DNA of 62,916 nt, filler included, from Octopus bimaculoides (Eukaryota): assembly GCF_001194135.2 (NCBI RefSeq). It is 7 parts of 7 records of this genome, joined end to end, with 100 filler letters (N's around TTAATTAATTAA, not from the genome) between each part and the next. Parts side by side here need not be neighbours in the genome. Positions count along the whole stretch, not along the records: positions 7,394 to 22,545 come from NC_068996.1; positions 22,646 to 31,498 come from NC_069007.1; 5 more parts are not named here. The stretch is one strand, 5' to 3'. Positions 11,500 through 25,086 of the stretch are shown here, in pieces. The translations under genes and the position numbers were made by a program. Positions within the stretch are counted from its first letter, which is position 1; each line of letters opens with the position of its first letter. The notes below the pieces were generated by a model, which was given only the letters and a program-made list of their open reading frames with translations, was not told the origin of the DNA and did no database searches.

Positions 11500-13646
11500 C
11501 AATGGACAACAAAGATTTTACTGGGGTAAAAGCATGTGATTTGGAATAAATCGAAGATGCTAATTCTGAATCCGCACTCAGAATTGTTCTAGCACATCAG
11601 GATTTTGAGTTGTGCGCATGCGAAAGATTATAGCTACACTTTCGGCTAGATATAGACGTATTATAATATTTGCTAAAATGAAAGCGGTCTTGATTCAAAA
11701 TTAAAGAAATAACAGCAACAAAACAAACTATAAGAAAGTGTATCTCTCGCTCTGCTTGATTACTCTGCGTTATCACTCTCCTATCGATGAAGAGTATGTA
11801 GCTGATTATAAGAAGATGAGCCGGGTTAGTTTAATCAAGAAGGTTTGAACGATTTAGTAAGAGAACTAGAATTGTCAAAAGACAGGGCAGAAATTTTGGG
11901 ATCCAAACCACAACAACGGAATCTCCTACAGCAAGGTACACAAATGTCTATTTTCCGTTCTTGCCATAAAGGCTTGCCTGTCTTTTTCAAGCAAGAAAAT
12001 AATGTTTGCTTCTGTACTTACGTTAATTCCCTCATGCAAAAACTAGGACACGTGCATGTGGCTAACGAATGGAGATTGTTTATAGACTCGAGTAAGGTTA
12101 GCCTCAAAGCTGTGTTGTCACATAATGGTAATGAAAAACCTTCCATTCTTGTGGGTCATGTTGTCGGAATGGAAGAGACTTATGAATTGATGGAACTCTT
12201 TCTGAAAGGAGGTAAGTACTCAGTTCATAAATGGAATATCTGTGGTGATTTAAATGTGATTTCCCTCCTCCTATGACTGCAGCTGGGATATACCAAAAAT
12301 GTGTGCTTCTTGTGTATTTGGAACAGCCACGATAACAGCAGTCATTACACTGTAAAAGACTGGCTTAAAAGAGATGAGCGCGTAGTTGGTTGGTACAATG
12401 TGTAGCATATGCCACTGGCCGACCCGAAAAAGATCTTCCTTCCAACCCTTCACATCAAACTCGGTTTCATGAAAACTTCGTAAAAGCAATAATACACGAT
12501 GGTTGTGGCTTCCACTACGTAAATGTAAAGTTTGGTGCAGAGAAAAGTAACGCAAAACTGAAAGGTAAGTAGACAGTTTCATTGGACCCGAGATCAGAGA
12601 ATTGATATCTGATAGCAAATTCAGAGGTAAAGGGAATCCAGTTGAGCCAAGGGCATGGTATTCATTCATGTTAATTGTACAGAACTTTCTTGGAAATCAT
12701 AGATCTGAAAACTATGCTGATTTAATAAACAACATGCTAACAGCGTATGAAAGAATGGGATGCCGAATGCCCCTTAAGATGCACTTCTTTCTTTCTCATC
12801 TTGATTTTTCCCCAATGGATCTTGGTGCCGTTAGTGATGTGCATGGTGAGAGGTTCCACCAGAACATATCTGAAGTGGAAACGAGATACCAAGGCCGGTT
12901 CAATCCACACATGATGGGTGACTACCGCTGGTTCCTACAATGGGAGACCAGCACGATGCACAAGCACAAGAGCAAGTGTCTCAAACATTTCTGAGCTGAG
13001 CATATAAAAAATAAAGTGAGTATTCCCTTAACATAAATATACTATGTACCATTATATTATAATACTATTTGACTTGAACATAAATTTACTATATACAATA
13101 CTAATATACCATTATAATGTGAAGGCCCGTGTCTTAGTGGCTAGGACATTCGGATCACGATTGTAAAGTCGTGGGTTCAATTCCCGGCGACGTGTTGTGT
13201 CCTTGAGCAAGACATTTTATTTCGCGTCGCTCCAGTCCACTCAGTTGGCAAAGATGAGTAACACCTCTATTTCAAAAGGCCAGCCTTGTCACGCTCAATC
13301 TCCCTGAGACCAACGCTAAGGGTACACGTCTCTGTGGAATGCTCAACCACTTGCACGTTAATCTCACGAGGAGGCTGTTCCGTTGATCGTATCAGCTGGG
13401 ACCCCTCGTCGTCGTAACCGACGAAGTGCTCTTTTGCTATAATAATAATTATTTGACTTGAACTTAATTATTCCTGATTCTAACATAGTATTAATATATA
13501 ATTATGCGCATAACTCAAATTTCTGGCGTGCTACATCAATTCTGATTTCAGATTCGGAATCATCGTACGCGACTTAGTTTTGGTACAGCACCATTTGTCT
13601 GAGTAGCAAACGATTAATCTTTTTGTGGGGGGGGGGGGGCGTAGTG
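11500..13646 (+). mobile_element. Chapaev3-like (CMC) DNA transposon, decayed, both ends present
   Basis: Broken transposase 11845-12994: LNDLVRELELSK, WRLFIDSSKVSLKAVL, WNICGDL, HIKLGFM, MPLKMHFFLSHLDF, VSDVHGERFHQNI. Ends are caatggacaacaaag and ...gtagtg|taa. Subterminal inverted repeats at 11563-11620 and 13503-13560. Confidence 0.75.
13120..13440 (+). mobile_element. tRNA-derived SINE family C (CORE-like segment) inserted in the Chapaev3-like element
   Basis: A box tagtggctagga, B box gggttcaattccc, then gttgtgtccttgagcaagaca, which resembles the start of the CORE domain. A related decayed copy lies at ~23590-23825. Confidence 0.7.
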
Positions 13647-13904
13647 TAATTTATCTTTAAATGTAGCACCTCCCAGTTCAAATTAACTATTATAACTTTC
13701 TATGAAGACCATGAGACATTTCAAGATATAATGTGAATAAACTGAAACGACCGCTAAATCTTTTGCGAAAAATAAAACAACTATGAAGTAGGTAAATGCC
13801 AAAGAATCAAAATATTGAAAGGATGAGAGAAGATAAGGGTGCCTTTTGACTATGCATATGTACGGACAGACATACACAGACAAAAGTGCATATCGGTGTA
13901 TTTG

Positions 13905-14303
13905 TATCTTTTATCTGTTTCAATCATTAGACTGCAACCATGCTAGAGCACCGATTTGCAGAAATTTTAGTCAAATGATTAGAAACCAGTGTTTATTTTT
14001 TTAAATCTCGTAATTATTCTATCGATCTGTCTTGCTGAACCGCTAATTTACAGGGACATACCAAACACCGGTTTTCAAGTGGTGATGGGATGGGGGGGGG
14101 ACAAACATAAAACACACACACACACACACTTATGTACATATATACATATACAATGGGCTTCTTTCAGTTTCCATCTACCAAATTCACTCAAAATGCTTTG
14201 GTCGTCTCGACGCTATAGCCAAAGACACTCGTCGAAGGTACCACGCAGTGGAACTGAACCTGGAACCATGTGGTTGGGAAGCAAGCTTCTTACCACAAAG
14301 CCA
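13905..14303 (-). mobile_element. SINE family A, near full length
   Basis: Colinear with 34665-35085, with an internal (CA)n at ~14113-14130. Confidence 0.85.
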
Positions 14304-14315
14304 CATATATGTATA

Positions 14316-14369
<54 letters not shown>

Positions 14370-14443
14370 CTTGTATGTGTGTGCGTATGTTGGTACATAC
14401 ATACATACAAACAAACATACGTATATATACATAAATATACATC

Positions 14444-14600
14444 CATACGAGTGTGCGTAGAAAAGTTAATGGCTTTGGGTAAAAGAAAATACAGGAGGAT
14501 CAGTTAATTATGATTTTATTGAAAATATTCCCCTCACTGATTCACAGACTTATTGCAAACTTTTCGAAATAATCTTAATTCCAGGAACTTTTCAGCATAC
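14444..14600. mobile_element. mariner-type MITE, decayed
   Basis: Homologous to 19963-20184 (ggctttgggtaaaagaaaat...attatgattttatt...ggaacttttcag). Confidence 0.65.
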
Positions 14601-15090
14601 ATACATACATACATACATACATACATACATACATGCATACATACATACATACATGCATACATACATACATACATACATACGTACATAAGTACATACATAT
14701 ATGCGTACATACCCACGCACATTCAGACATACATACACTCACAAACGTATACACATCAATCCGTTCATCTACCCATACATACATGCATACATACATATAT
14801 CCATACATACATGCGTACATACATACATACATACATTCATACATACATACATACATACATACATACACACACATTCAGACATACATACTCTCACAGACGT
14901 ACATCCATGCATGCATGCATACATACATACATACATACATACATACATCTATATTTACATACGTATGTACATACATAGTACATTCAAACATACATACACA
15001 TACATGCGTACGTACATAAATGCATACGCACACAGAGTCATACACGCATGCATACATACATAAACACATAGCTACATAGATACATATAAA
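14595..15090. repeat. degenerate (TACA)n microsatellite field
   Basis: Directly visible; source of the HTYI/MYVC pseudo-ORFs. Confidence 0.95.
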
Positions 15091-15600
15091 TCTAGGTATT
15101 GATATATGGCTTAACTGGCTGAAACTTCGAAGTCACTTTCCATAGTTTCCATGTTTAAAAATAAATTTGTACTCTGCATAAGTACAGAGTAACCATCAGA
15201 TTAACATTAAATTATTTTTACTATAACTAACTGAATATAGGAGGAAACAAACAAACAAACACACACACACATACACACACACACACATACAGACGCACAG
15301 ACAGACACACACATACACACAAACAGACACACTCAATGGTACAGAATAAAGTAGATTAATTAATTTTCAACAAGCAATTATGAAGTACTTGCCGAAAAAC
15401 ATATATAACATTGAATGACAACCGGTTTTTTCTGATTTTACTAATACATACATACATGAATGCATACATACGTATACATACATGTATATACATACATACA
15501 GACATACATCCACACACATTCATACAGACACAGATACAAACATATACGTACACACATACACATATAAACATATATTTGTACATGTATATATATACGTGTA

Positions 15601-15641
<41 letters not shown>

Positions 15642-15688
15642 NNNNNNNNNNNNNNNNNNNNNNNNNNNNNNNNNNNNNNNNNNNNNNN

Positions 15689-15754
<66 letters not shown>

Positions 15755-16364
15755 ATGTATATGTGTGTGTGTGTTTGTGTAGGTATATGTATATTTATAT
15801 TTCTTTTGGGGAAGAGTGTACCATGAAGCACATAAAACTACAAACATTAATGTGTAATTATTGGATCAAAAGGACCTTTCCGTATATTAAGTTGAATGTT
15901 GTGCTTGGAGATTCACTATTCCAATCAGAACCGTTTAACCTTCTCTACATATATACGAATATACACATATACACATACATACATACAAACATACATACAT
16001 ATGTGTGCGTGGTTGAGTGTGTATGTGTATGTGTGTGCGTGCGTGTGCGTTTGTGTGTTTGTGTGTGTACAGATGTATCATACACATGCGCATGTAATTA
16101 GGATGTACGTACGTATTTGATGAAAAGCTTTTCCGAAATTAGAAATTCTTGATTATAGAAGTCTTTAAGCAAATTAACTTAGATCTAATCAAAGGAAGTT
16201 TTTGTGTAGTCGTTTACTTCTGTTTTCACGATTTCATAACACTTATGCTTGTAAAATTAACGAAAAGAGCTTACAGAAAACCTACCGTCCGTCAGGTTTG
16301 TGTTAATCTGTGTACATATGCGGCCGCGTGCACACACAATATAGATAGGTAGATAAGCACAGAC

Positions 16365-16379
<15 letters not shown>

Positions 16380-16400
<21 letters not shown>

Positions 16401-16630
16401 ACAAAAAAGGAAACAAGAACATAACAGGCGACAACAAAACATCCGGACAGTTAGACGATACAAAAAAGGACAGGAAAAAAACAAGGACGGGTCATTCGGA
16501 GCTTTCTTTCTTCAGTCGAGTTCCAGAACGTCGTTGCAGTTTTGGCCGGTTACACTCAAGACTGCTCCAATCTGGCCGGCCCCAAGAAAATCTAAGCTAA
16601 GAGCACTAGATTCTTTGGAAGAAAGCAAGC
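16380..16630. repeat. probable interspersed repeat of unknown class
   Basis: GC-richer block between microsatellites that resembles an octopus repeat from memory. No second copy in the window. Confidence 0.3.
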
Positions 16631-17307
16631 GAATATGTATGTATGTATATATATATATATNNNNNNNNNNNNNNNNNNNNNNNNNNNNNNNNNNNNNNNN
16701 NNNNNNNNNNNNNNNNNNNNNNNNNNNNNNNNNNNNNNNNNNNNNNNNNNNNNNNNNNNNNNNNNNNNNNNNNNNNNNNNNNNNNNNNNNNNNNNNNNNN
16801 NNNNNNNNNNNNNNNNNNNNNNNNNNNNNNNNNNNNNNNNNNNNNNNNNNNNNNNNNNNNNNNNNNNNNNNNNNNNNNNNNNNNNNNNNNNNNNNNNNNN
16901 NNNNNNNNNNNNNNNNNNNNNNNNNNNNNNNNNNNNNNNNNNNNNNNNNNNNNNNNNNNNNNNNNNNNNNNNNNNNNNNNNNNNNNNNNNNNNNNNNNNN
17001 NNNNNNNNNNNNNNNNNNNNNNNNNNNNNNNNNNNNNNNNNNNNNNNNNNNNNNNNNNNNNNNNNNNNNNNNNNNNNNNNNNNNNNNNNNNNNNNNNNNN
17101 NNNNNNNNNNNNNNNNNNNNNNNNNNNNNNNNNNNNNNNNNNNNNNNNNNNNNNNNNNNNNNNNNNNNNNNNNNNNNNNNNNNNNNNNNNNNNNNNNNNN
17201 NNNNNNNNNNNNNNNNNNNNNNNNNNNNNNNNNNNNNNNNNNNNNNNNNNNNNNNNNNNNNNNNNNNNNNNNNNTATATATATATACGTAGATAGATAGA
17301 TAGATAA

Positions 17308-17380
<73 letters not shown>

Positions 17381-17480
17381 TGGAAAATGAGTAACGAAGT
17401 CAGATCAATCGATCGATAGATGGGTAGATAAACAGACAGACAGACAGATAGACAGATAGACAGATAGATAGATAGATAGA

Positions 17481-17580
<100 letters not shown>

Positions 17581-17882
17581 CTTACTTTTATGAAATTCGG
17601 TTCAGTATATATGAAAATATAGTCTGATCGACGAAATCGCCGAAAGACAGCTATGCTATTCACTTATGTATCACCTCGTAACTATACTAGACGATGCTAA
17701 ACATTGTTAACTATTATTATGATACGTGTATTACTTTAAAGTATTGATTGTTCTAAAGGAAACAGAATAAGAACACATGACGTGTCACGCGCAATCAGAT
17801 TTCAAATGCTAAAAGTGAGGAGAAAAGTAATATGTAAAAAGTAGTAGTAGTAGTAGTAGTAGTAGCAGTAGCAGCAGCAGGA

Positions 17883-18215
17883 AATGTAAAGTCGACCTCG
17901 GCTGAATTTGAACTCAGAACGTAGGGACATTTGAAATGATGCAAAGCATTTGGGCAGCGATCCACCTAGTTGATTCTTATATTAATAGATGCTTTAAACT
18001 GGCAGAGCCGTTAGCAGTATGAGCGAAATGTTTAGCGGCATTTCGTCCCTCATTCCTTTTAGGGATCAAATTCCAGCGGGATTGACTTTGCCTTTTATCA
18101 TTTCGAGGTTCCATAAAATAAGTACCGGTCGAACACTGGGGTCGAAGTAATCGACTTATTCTCCCTCCCCAATCCCGGAAATTGCTGGCCTTGTGCCAAA
18201 ATGTGAGACCAATAT
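17883..18215. mobile_element. head-to-head pair of SINE B copies (17883-17965 minus; 17995-18215 plus)
   Basis: aaagtcgacctcggctgaatttgaactcagaacgta (minus) faces ctggcagagccgttagc...attgactttgcc...aataagtacc (plus). Confidence 0.7.
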
Positions 18216-18688
18216 TAATAGCTGCCTTGGTTACTGGTATAGTTTATTTTATTCAACACATGATTTACGTCATTGCAGCATTGTATTCCGTTTCCAAACG
18301 ACATGGGAATGTATGTTATCAAATGTTTGATTTGGAGGAGATTTGGCTGTTATTTCCAGCAGTTTCAGCGGTCTGATTCCGTCACCTTTATTCAATCGTT
18401 ACAGTTTGTAATATTTTTGCAAATGGCATTATCAGCAATAAACCTCTGTTCCCTGATAAATACTCGTATTTGTTCTTCATAACGCTGATGTTTCTGTTAG
18501 CTTCAGTTAGAGATGTTTGCGTAAATGTTGAGCCTAGATTGTGGGCTTTCAGTATGAGGTGTCTACGACCCGATTTCGGTTCCTTGATTGAACTTCCAAA
18601 TATGTGTGTATGTATGTGCACGCGGGCGCGAGCACGTATACTATTTTTTAACGGGAATGGGTGTGGATGTGTGCGTGTGTGTGTGTGC

Positions 18689-18719
<31 letters not shown>

Positions 18720-19015
18720 NNNNNNNNNNNNNNNNNNNNNNNNNNNNNNNNNNNNNNNNNNNNNNNNNNNNNNNNNNNNNNNNNNNNNNNNNNNNNNNNN
18801 NNNNNNNNNNNNNNNNNNNNNNNNNNNNNNNNNNNNNNNNNNNNNNNNNNNNNNNNNNNNNNNNNNNNNNNNNNNNNNNNNNNNNNNNNNNNNNNNNNNN
18901 NNNNNNNNNNNNNNNNNNNNNNNNNNNNNNNNNNNNNNNNNNNNNNNNNNNNNNNNNNNNNNNNNNNNNNNNNNNNNNNNNNNNNNNNNNNNNNNNNNNN
19001 NNNNNNNNNNNNNNN

Positions 19016-19053
<38 letters not shown>

Positions 19054-19293
19054 TAGTAATGCTCTTAATATGTACATATGTGTATGTGTGAGCATCATTT
19101 GTGGTTGTATGTAGGTCCGTCTGTGCGGGTGTGTTTACACACACAGACATCAGGAATAGATAGAGTAGGAATAGATAGTGTAGAGAATTTGTGCTGAACG
19201 GAATAAACTGAGACTAAGAAAAATAAAGATGTTGCTGGAGATTGAGTGAATCATAATTATTTGTACATGCATACATACATACATACATACATA

Positions 19294-19830
19294 GCAACTG
19301 TCCTAAAATGTCATCACAGTACTACCTCTCTATGCAGCATGATGATGTTGCTAAAACAATTTCCAATGCCATCCGCAAAAAGACTGTCCTGAAATAAACT
19401 TAGAAAATCCCTCTGTTATGGAATACATTCATAAACACCAACTCAAGGAACGCTAGTGGAATATTTCCATCAAAACTTCTGTCAAATGCAAACATAACAG
19501 ACCGGATATTGTTGTTTGAGACAAAGAGGTATGTACCGTCATAGAGGTTAGCAGCCCTGCAGATATAAATATCTCTTTCAAAATCTAAGAAAAAGAAGAT
19601 ATCTATGGACAACTGCTTTGAAACGGCCAGCTTCTATATTCAGATTATGAATTCCTATTCATACCAATAATAATTGAAGCACTAGGTTTTGTTAGTAAAT
19701 GCTAAAAGGCGAAGCTGGATAAACTGGGATTTTCAGAAAGAGAAACTGACCGGCTGATTCGTACATTACAAGTGTTATCTGTGAGTGGAACAGTAAAAAT
19801 ATGAAAGACTTTTCTCAAGTTTCAAATGTG
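19294..19830 (+). mobile_element. R4/Dong-like LINE C-terminal remnant (zinc-knuckle end plus restriction-like endonuclease)
   Basis: SNCPKMSSQYYLSMQHDDVAK...CKHNRPDIVV*DK..VIEVSSPAD.N...EKEDIY...IPIIIEALG, with several stops. Confidence 0.8.
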
Positions 19831-19962
19831 AATTTGTCTGTGTTAATTACATCCCAAAGATGGAGCCTTATATCTTGTTGGGAACCGGCTCTCTCCTCAG
19901 TGGAAGATTTATAACAATTAAAAAATAGAAGAGGCACATTCATACATACAAACACACGTACA

Positions 19963-20184
19963 TACGAAGGGGTAGCAAAAAGTTCCTGGCTTTGGGTAAA
20001 AGAAAATGGAGGATGATCAGATGATTATGATTTTATTCAATATATTCCCCCTCTCAGATTCACACATTTATTGCAGCAGTCTTTCAGTTTTTCTAAGCCC
20101 CGTAAAAGGACTCGGAAGGTTGGGCCATCAGCCAGGCATTTCGTGACGTCCTTAAAGCCAAGAACTTTTCAGTACCATCACGTA
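19963..20184. mobile_element. mariner-type MITE with ~30-bp TIRs and TA ends
   Basis: Left tacgaaggggtagcaaaaagttcctggcttt; reverse complement of right end tacgtgatggtactgaaaagttcttggcttt. Confidence 0.75.
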
Positions 20185-20855
20185 CATGCCAGTTCTTGTA
20201 CCCTGACTATTAATTCTCATTTGTATCTGTAAACACAGTTGCATTAGATTATGTTTGCAAAACACCTCAGAGAACTCGGAGAAAGAGAAAAAGAAACTGT
20301 CGCGGATTCTCAAAATCCAGTCTATTTAGTGGCACTGTAAAAAATTGTAAAACATTCTAAAAATTCTTCATTTGAGATTCGTAAGATGAATAGATGTCCA
20401 CACTTGGGTGTATTTATCGAGAGTTCAACCAACACACCAACTCAACCACATATTTACAAAGGCCGGGAACTCTCTTAACTCAAACAGTCTTGTCGTTTTG
20501 TTAGCGACCGGCTTGAACTCTCCCGAGAACTTTAATTAAATTCAAAGAAAATAATATACATATATACATACATGTATACATACATACAAAACGCATCCAT
20601 CCATCCATCCATCCATCCATCCATCCATCCATCCATACATACATACATACATACATACATACAAACACACATGCATACATACATACATACATACATACAT
20701 ACATAACAATACATCCATATATACGCATACTTGATATATTAAGCATATATGCAAGTTTACACATACATACATGCATGTATACATCGATATATGTACATAC
20801 ACTCACATTCATATAGATATACATATCACTCTATATATATGTATATGTATATGTA

Positions 20856-20915
<60 letters not shown>

Positions 20916-20941
20916 CATCCATCTATCTATCTATCTATCTA

Positions 20942-20975
<34 letters not shown>

Positions 20976-21019
20976 CGCATCTATATGAATATATGTATGC
21001 ATATATGGATACATACATA

Positions 21020-21062
<43 letters not shown>

Positions 21063-21558
21063 ATGCATATATATATGTATATATATATTTATCTCTCTCT
21101 ATATATATTTATATATATATAGAGAGAGAGAGAGGGGGGAGGGAAAACCAGAGAGTGAGAATGAGAGAGGAGATAGAGAAAGAAGAAATAGATACTATAA
21201 ACGATATGAAAACATCGACGAAATAAGACACAAAGAATTAGATATTCGTTTGATAATTTGCATTACTTCAAAAAACAAAAAAACAAAAAGACTAAAAATA
21301 AAGTAATAAGATAAATAAAAGAAAAAGAATAACGCAAGAAATTCAGCAAAACCAACACGAATGTAACGAAAGAATCATAGAATAACAAATAGAAACAAGA
21401 TTAAAAAAATATTCACAACAAAACTATATACATACATATAAATAAATATAAAATAAAATAAACACTGTGGCTGAGGGGAAATAAAATTTTTTTAAATCTT
21501 TAATGATGTAGCGTCATATAATAGGCCGGCAGGCTGAGATGTAATATATTTAAAAGAG

Positions 21559-21609
21559 ATGCAAGTTGCACGTATGTTCCTGACCTTACTAATTGGCTAT
21601 TTTCTTCAG
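21559..21609 (+). CDS. candidate first coding exon with a signal-peptide-like sequence (unverified)
   Basis: ATG after an in-frame stop, MQVARMFLTLLIGYFLQ, then CAG|GTAAGA donor. TATA-like tataatag ~40 bp upstream. Confidence 0.2.
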
Positions 21610-22645
21610 GTAAGACCTGCTCAACGAACACCGAACGAATGTTTTAACAGCATGCAGTGCCTCTTTGATGACAACTTCATCGGAGATCCGTTAACTTTGA
21701 TGTTGGTCTAGAGGTTAATGGCGGCTACGGAGACATGTTCCGTAGCGGATCTCACACACTGGTCCGCGCAAAGGCGTGGAACCAACCGAACAGAGTAAAA
21801 TAGAGGTGAGAAAGTTTTTGAACTTTTGCACGCCTCGTTCTCACGATAGCTATTACATTTTTTTCTTGCATGTTTGGTTTCTTTTTGGGGGGGGGGGTTG
21901 TTTTTGTGTATACACGCGCACGCATGCATATACACGTACGTATACAGTTGTATACGCACATATATGAGAAATAAACTACCTGCATATAGGTATGCATATA
22001 TATACATACACACTGACAAACACACAGACACACACACGCTCATATACATAGAATATATATTAATGTGAGTGCGTGTGTGTTTACACTTACACACATAAAA
22101 TGTATACACAGTACATGTCTATTGATAACCTACCTTTCTACTTATATATGTGTGTGTGCGTGTGCGTGCGTGTGTGTATATGTATGTATATAACACAAAT
22201 ACCTACATACATATTCATACATGCATACATACATGCATACATGCATACATACATACATACATACATACATACAGACAGACATACATGCATAAATACATAC
22301 ACACGTATATGCGAACATGCATACACACACATAAACACAATAACACACAAACTAATAATACGGATAAGAGCACACATGACTACAAATTCCAGTTTTGCGT
22401 CTCCTTGTCTCCTGTTTTTGTGTCATTCATCTGAAGCTTACAAAAATCATTGATCTTAGTGACTAATTCTATACTTTAAATGAAAATACGTAAATAGAAT
22501 ATACATACACGAAATTAAATCTTGCCCTTGATATATATATATATANNNNNNNNNNNNNNNNNNNNNNNNNNNNNNNNNNNNNNNNNNNNTTAATTAATTA
22601 ANNNNNNNNNNNNNNNNNNNNNNNNNNNNNNNNNNNNNNNNNNNN

Positions 22646-22713
<68 letters not shown>

Positions 22714-23224
22714 GTGTGCGCGCATGTCCCGCTTTGTGCGTGTACATGTAGATAAGTGTGACGAAAGTAACAGATGAGCGTGATGTGATAAGCAGTTTTA
22801 TTCAATTTTTCGACATTCTCTTGACATGAGTAAAACTATCTTATCTTTTCGGAAAGAAACCAAATAGTATTAATTAAACATAACCAGCAGAAGCTGAAGA
22901 CAAGCGTGTGTAAGCGAGTTGATTACACAAAAAATACAACTACTTAAAATTGGAATGTTGCTTGTTTGCGATGAAAGCGGAAGAATTCCTAAAGAATTTT
23001 TACATGTCACATCGATAGTCGAAGAGATCTGAAAATTTTCTTTCGCTGGCTCGTTATCAGTCTCACCAGCACCACCACCACCATTACCACTTCCTCTATT
23101 TCATTGTGTCTCTCATTATCTCTTTCTCTCCTCCCTCTCTCTGTCCTTTGCTATCTACACTAGTGTGACGTACAGGACACAGTGAATTATGAAGAAGTTT
23201 TGAACTATTATTATACGTTATCGG

Positions 23225-23370
23225 CACAGGCGTCGCCGTGCGGTACTAAGTTTGATTACCAACCACGAGGTTCCGGGTTCACTCCCACTGCGTCGTATAT
23301 TCAGCAGGAAGTTTTTACTATAGTTTCAGGACGACCAAAGTCTTGCGAGTTTATTTGACCCGTCGCATAT
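23225..23370 (+). mobile_element. SINE family A head, degenerate
   Basis: accaaccacgaggttccgggttcactcccactgcgt...actatagt...gaccaaag. Confidence 0.65.
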
Positions 23371-23375
23371 GTGTG

Positions 23376-23416
<41 letters not shown>

Positions 23417-23422
23417 ATGTTT

Positions 23423-23575
23423 GCTGCTCCGTACGGAACGACGTTACTGCGCTTTTCTAACCCCAGGAGAACACCTCCTCCGGCTGGTTAATGACAGAAT
23501 CGGTGTAGGTGTCCGGTATACGTTGTTCTCCTGGGGTTCAAAAATTAGTAGTAACGTTGTTCCGTACGGAACAGC
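23423..23575. mobile_element. ~153-bp palindromic MITE with ~50-bp inverted arms
   Basis: Left gctgctccgtacggaacgacgttact...aaccccaggagaaca; reverse complement of right gctgttccgtacggaacaacgttact...aaccccaggagaaca. Confidence 0.75.
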
Positions 23576-23823
23576 TATGACGAAGTGGCAACAGACATTA
23601 CTTTTCGATTCGTAGATCAGGCGTTCTATTGTGTTCTTGAGCAAAGAACTTCATTTCATCATCTGACATGTGGCACTATTTGCACTTGTACAGGTAATGT
23701 CGATTTGATGGAGGGAGTGAGCATGTGTGAACACAAACATTTGATCACTATAAACAAATCATCTGTGTGGTTATCTAGTAAGAAATTATCGAAATCTCAT
23801 TCATCGTCTAACGACGGGAGAAT

Positions 23824-23863
<40 letters not shown>

Positions 23864-24789
23864 AGTAAAAATAAATACAAAAAAGGGNNNNNNNNNNNNN
23901 NNNNNNNNNNNNNNNNNNNNNNNNNNNNNNNNNNNNNNNNNNNNNNNNNNNNNNNNNNNNNNNNNNNNNNNNNNNNNNNNNNNNNNNNNNNNNNNNNNNN
24001 NNNNNNNNNNNNNNNNNNNNNNNNNNNNNNNNNNNNNNNNNNNNNNNNNNNNNNNNNNNNNNNNNNNNNNNNNNNNNNNNNNNNNNNNNNNNNNNNNNNN
24101 NNNNNNNNNNNNNNNNNNNNNNNNNNNNNNNNNNNNNNNNNNNNNNNNNNNNNNNNNNNNNNNNNNNNNNNNNNNNNNNNNNNNNNNNNNNNNNNNNNNN
24201 NNNNNNNNNNNNNNNNNNNNNNNNNNNNNNNNNNNNNNNNNNNNNNNNNNNNNNNNNNNNNNNNNNNNNNNNNNNNNNNNNNNNNNNNNNNNNNNNNNTA
24301 TATATATATATATATATATATATATTTCCTTTCCTTTCCTGATATTTTCTGTAACAAGGGCGACAAACTGACAGACTCATTAGCACGTCAGCTAAAAGCC
24401 TTTCGGTAATCAATTCCGGCCATTCTAAACAGGCGAAACATTTTCCTTTGGACATCCAGGAGTATATTCCTCTAACAATATTTCTTCCGAAAGCATTTGT
24501 TGTTATTGAGTTCCTTCAGTTTTCTTTTTATCTTCATGGGATCCAGGGTACTTAATGTTCAATCAGTAGATTTACCAGGATTAACTTTAAATCATTCCAC
24601 AATATCCATAATGTATTTTCGGCCAGAGCCATTAGCTATTTCAAAGGAAAGGTTAATTATATATTGTATGGCACAGATCCACTTTGAGGAATTAACAATA
24701 CAGCTATGATAGGATTGATTTCTTTGAGTTTCATTCATAATCGCTTTATCCTTTATGATCCGCAGAGCTTAATATACTAAGTTACTTAC

Positions 24790-24903
24790 GAATCACAATT
24801 TCGCAGATTTTCTAAGATGATGCCTTTCTCGGAATTCATGAAATTGTAATCATGTAACTCTAGACTCCAAGCAGCAAGCACCTGTGTGCAGTCGACCTTC
24901 GTG
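24790..24903 (-). CDS. candidate internal exon, 114 bp (unverified)
   Basis: Acceptor ttctatttccag| and donor |gtaagt. Only one frame is open: TKVDCTQVLAAWSLELHDYNFMNSEKGIILENLRNCD. No homology recognised. Confidence 0.22.
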
Positions 24904-24990
24904 CTGGAAATAGAAGCCTAATCATCCACAAATCAAGTTCTCTAATCCTGTGATCTTACCAAAACAAATTTCTCACTAGAAAATATAATC

Positions 24991-25024
<34 letters not shown>

Positions 25025-25047
25025 TATCTCCTTGTTTCTTTCTGTGT

Positions 25048-25086
25048 TCCTTTCTGTCGAAGAGCGTAGACTCGAAACGTAAAAGA
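25048..25086 (+). ncRNA. minimal hammerhead-like motif (Penelope-type), core mutated
   Basis: cttt-CTGTCGA-A-gag(c gtag a)ctc-GAAA-CG-TA-aaag gives stems I and II and a palindromic stem III, but CUGANGA is altered to CUGUCGA. Confidence 0.35.
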
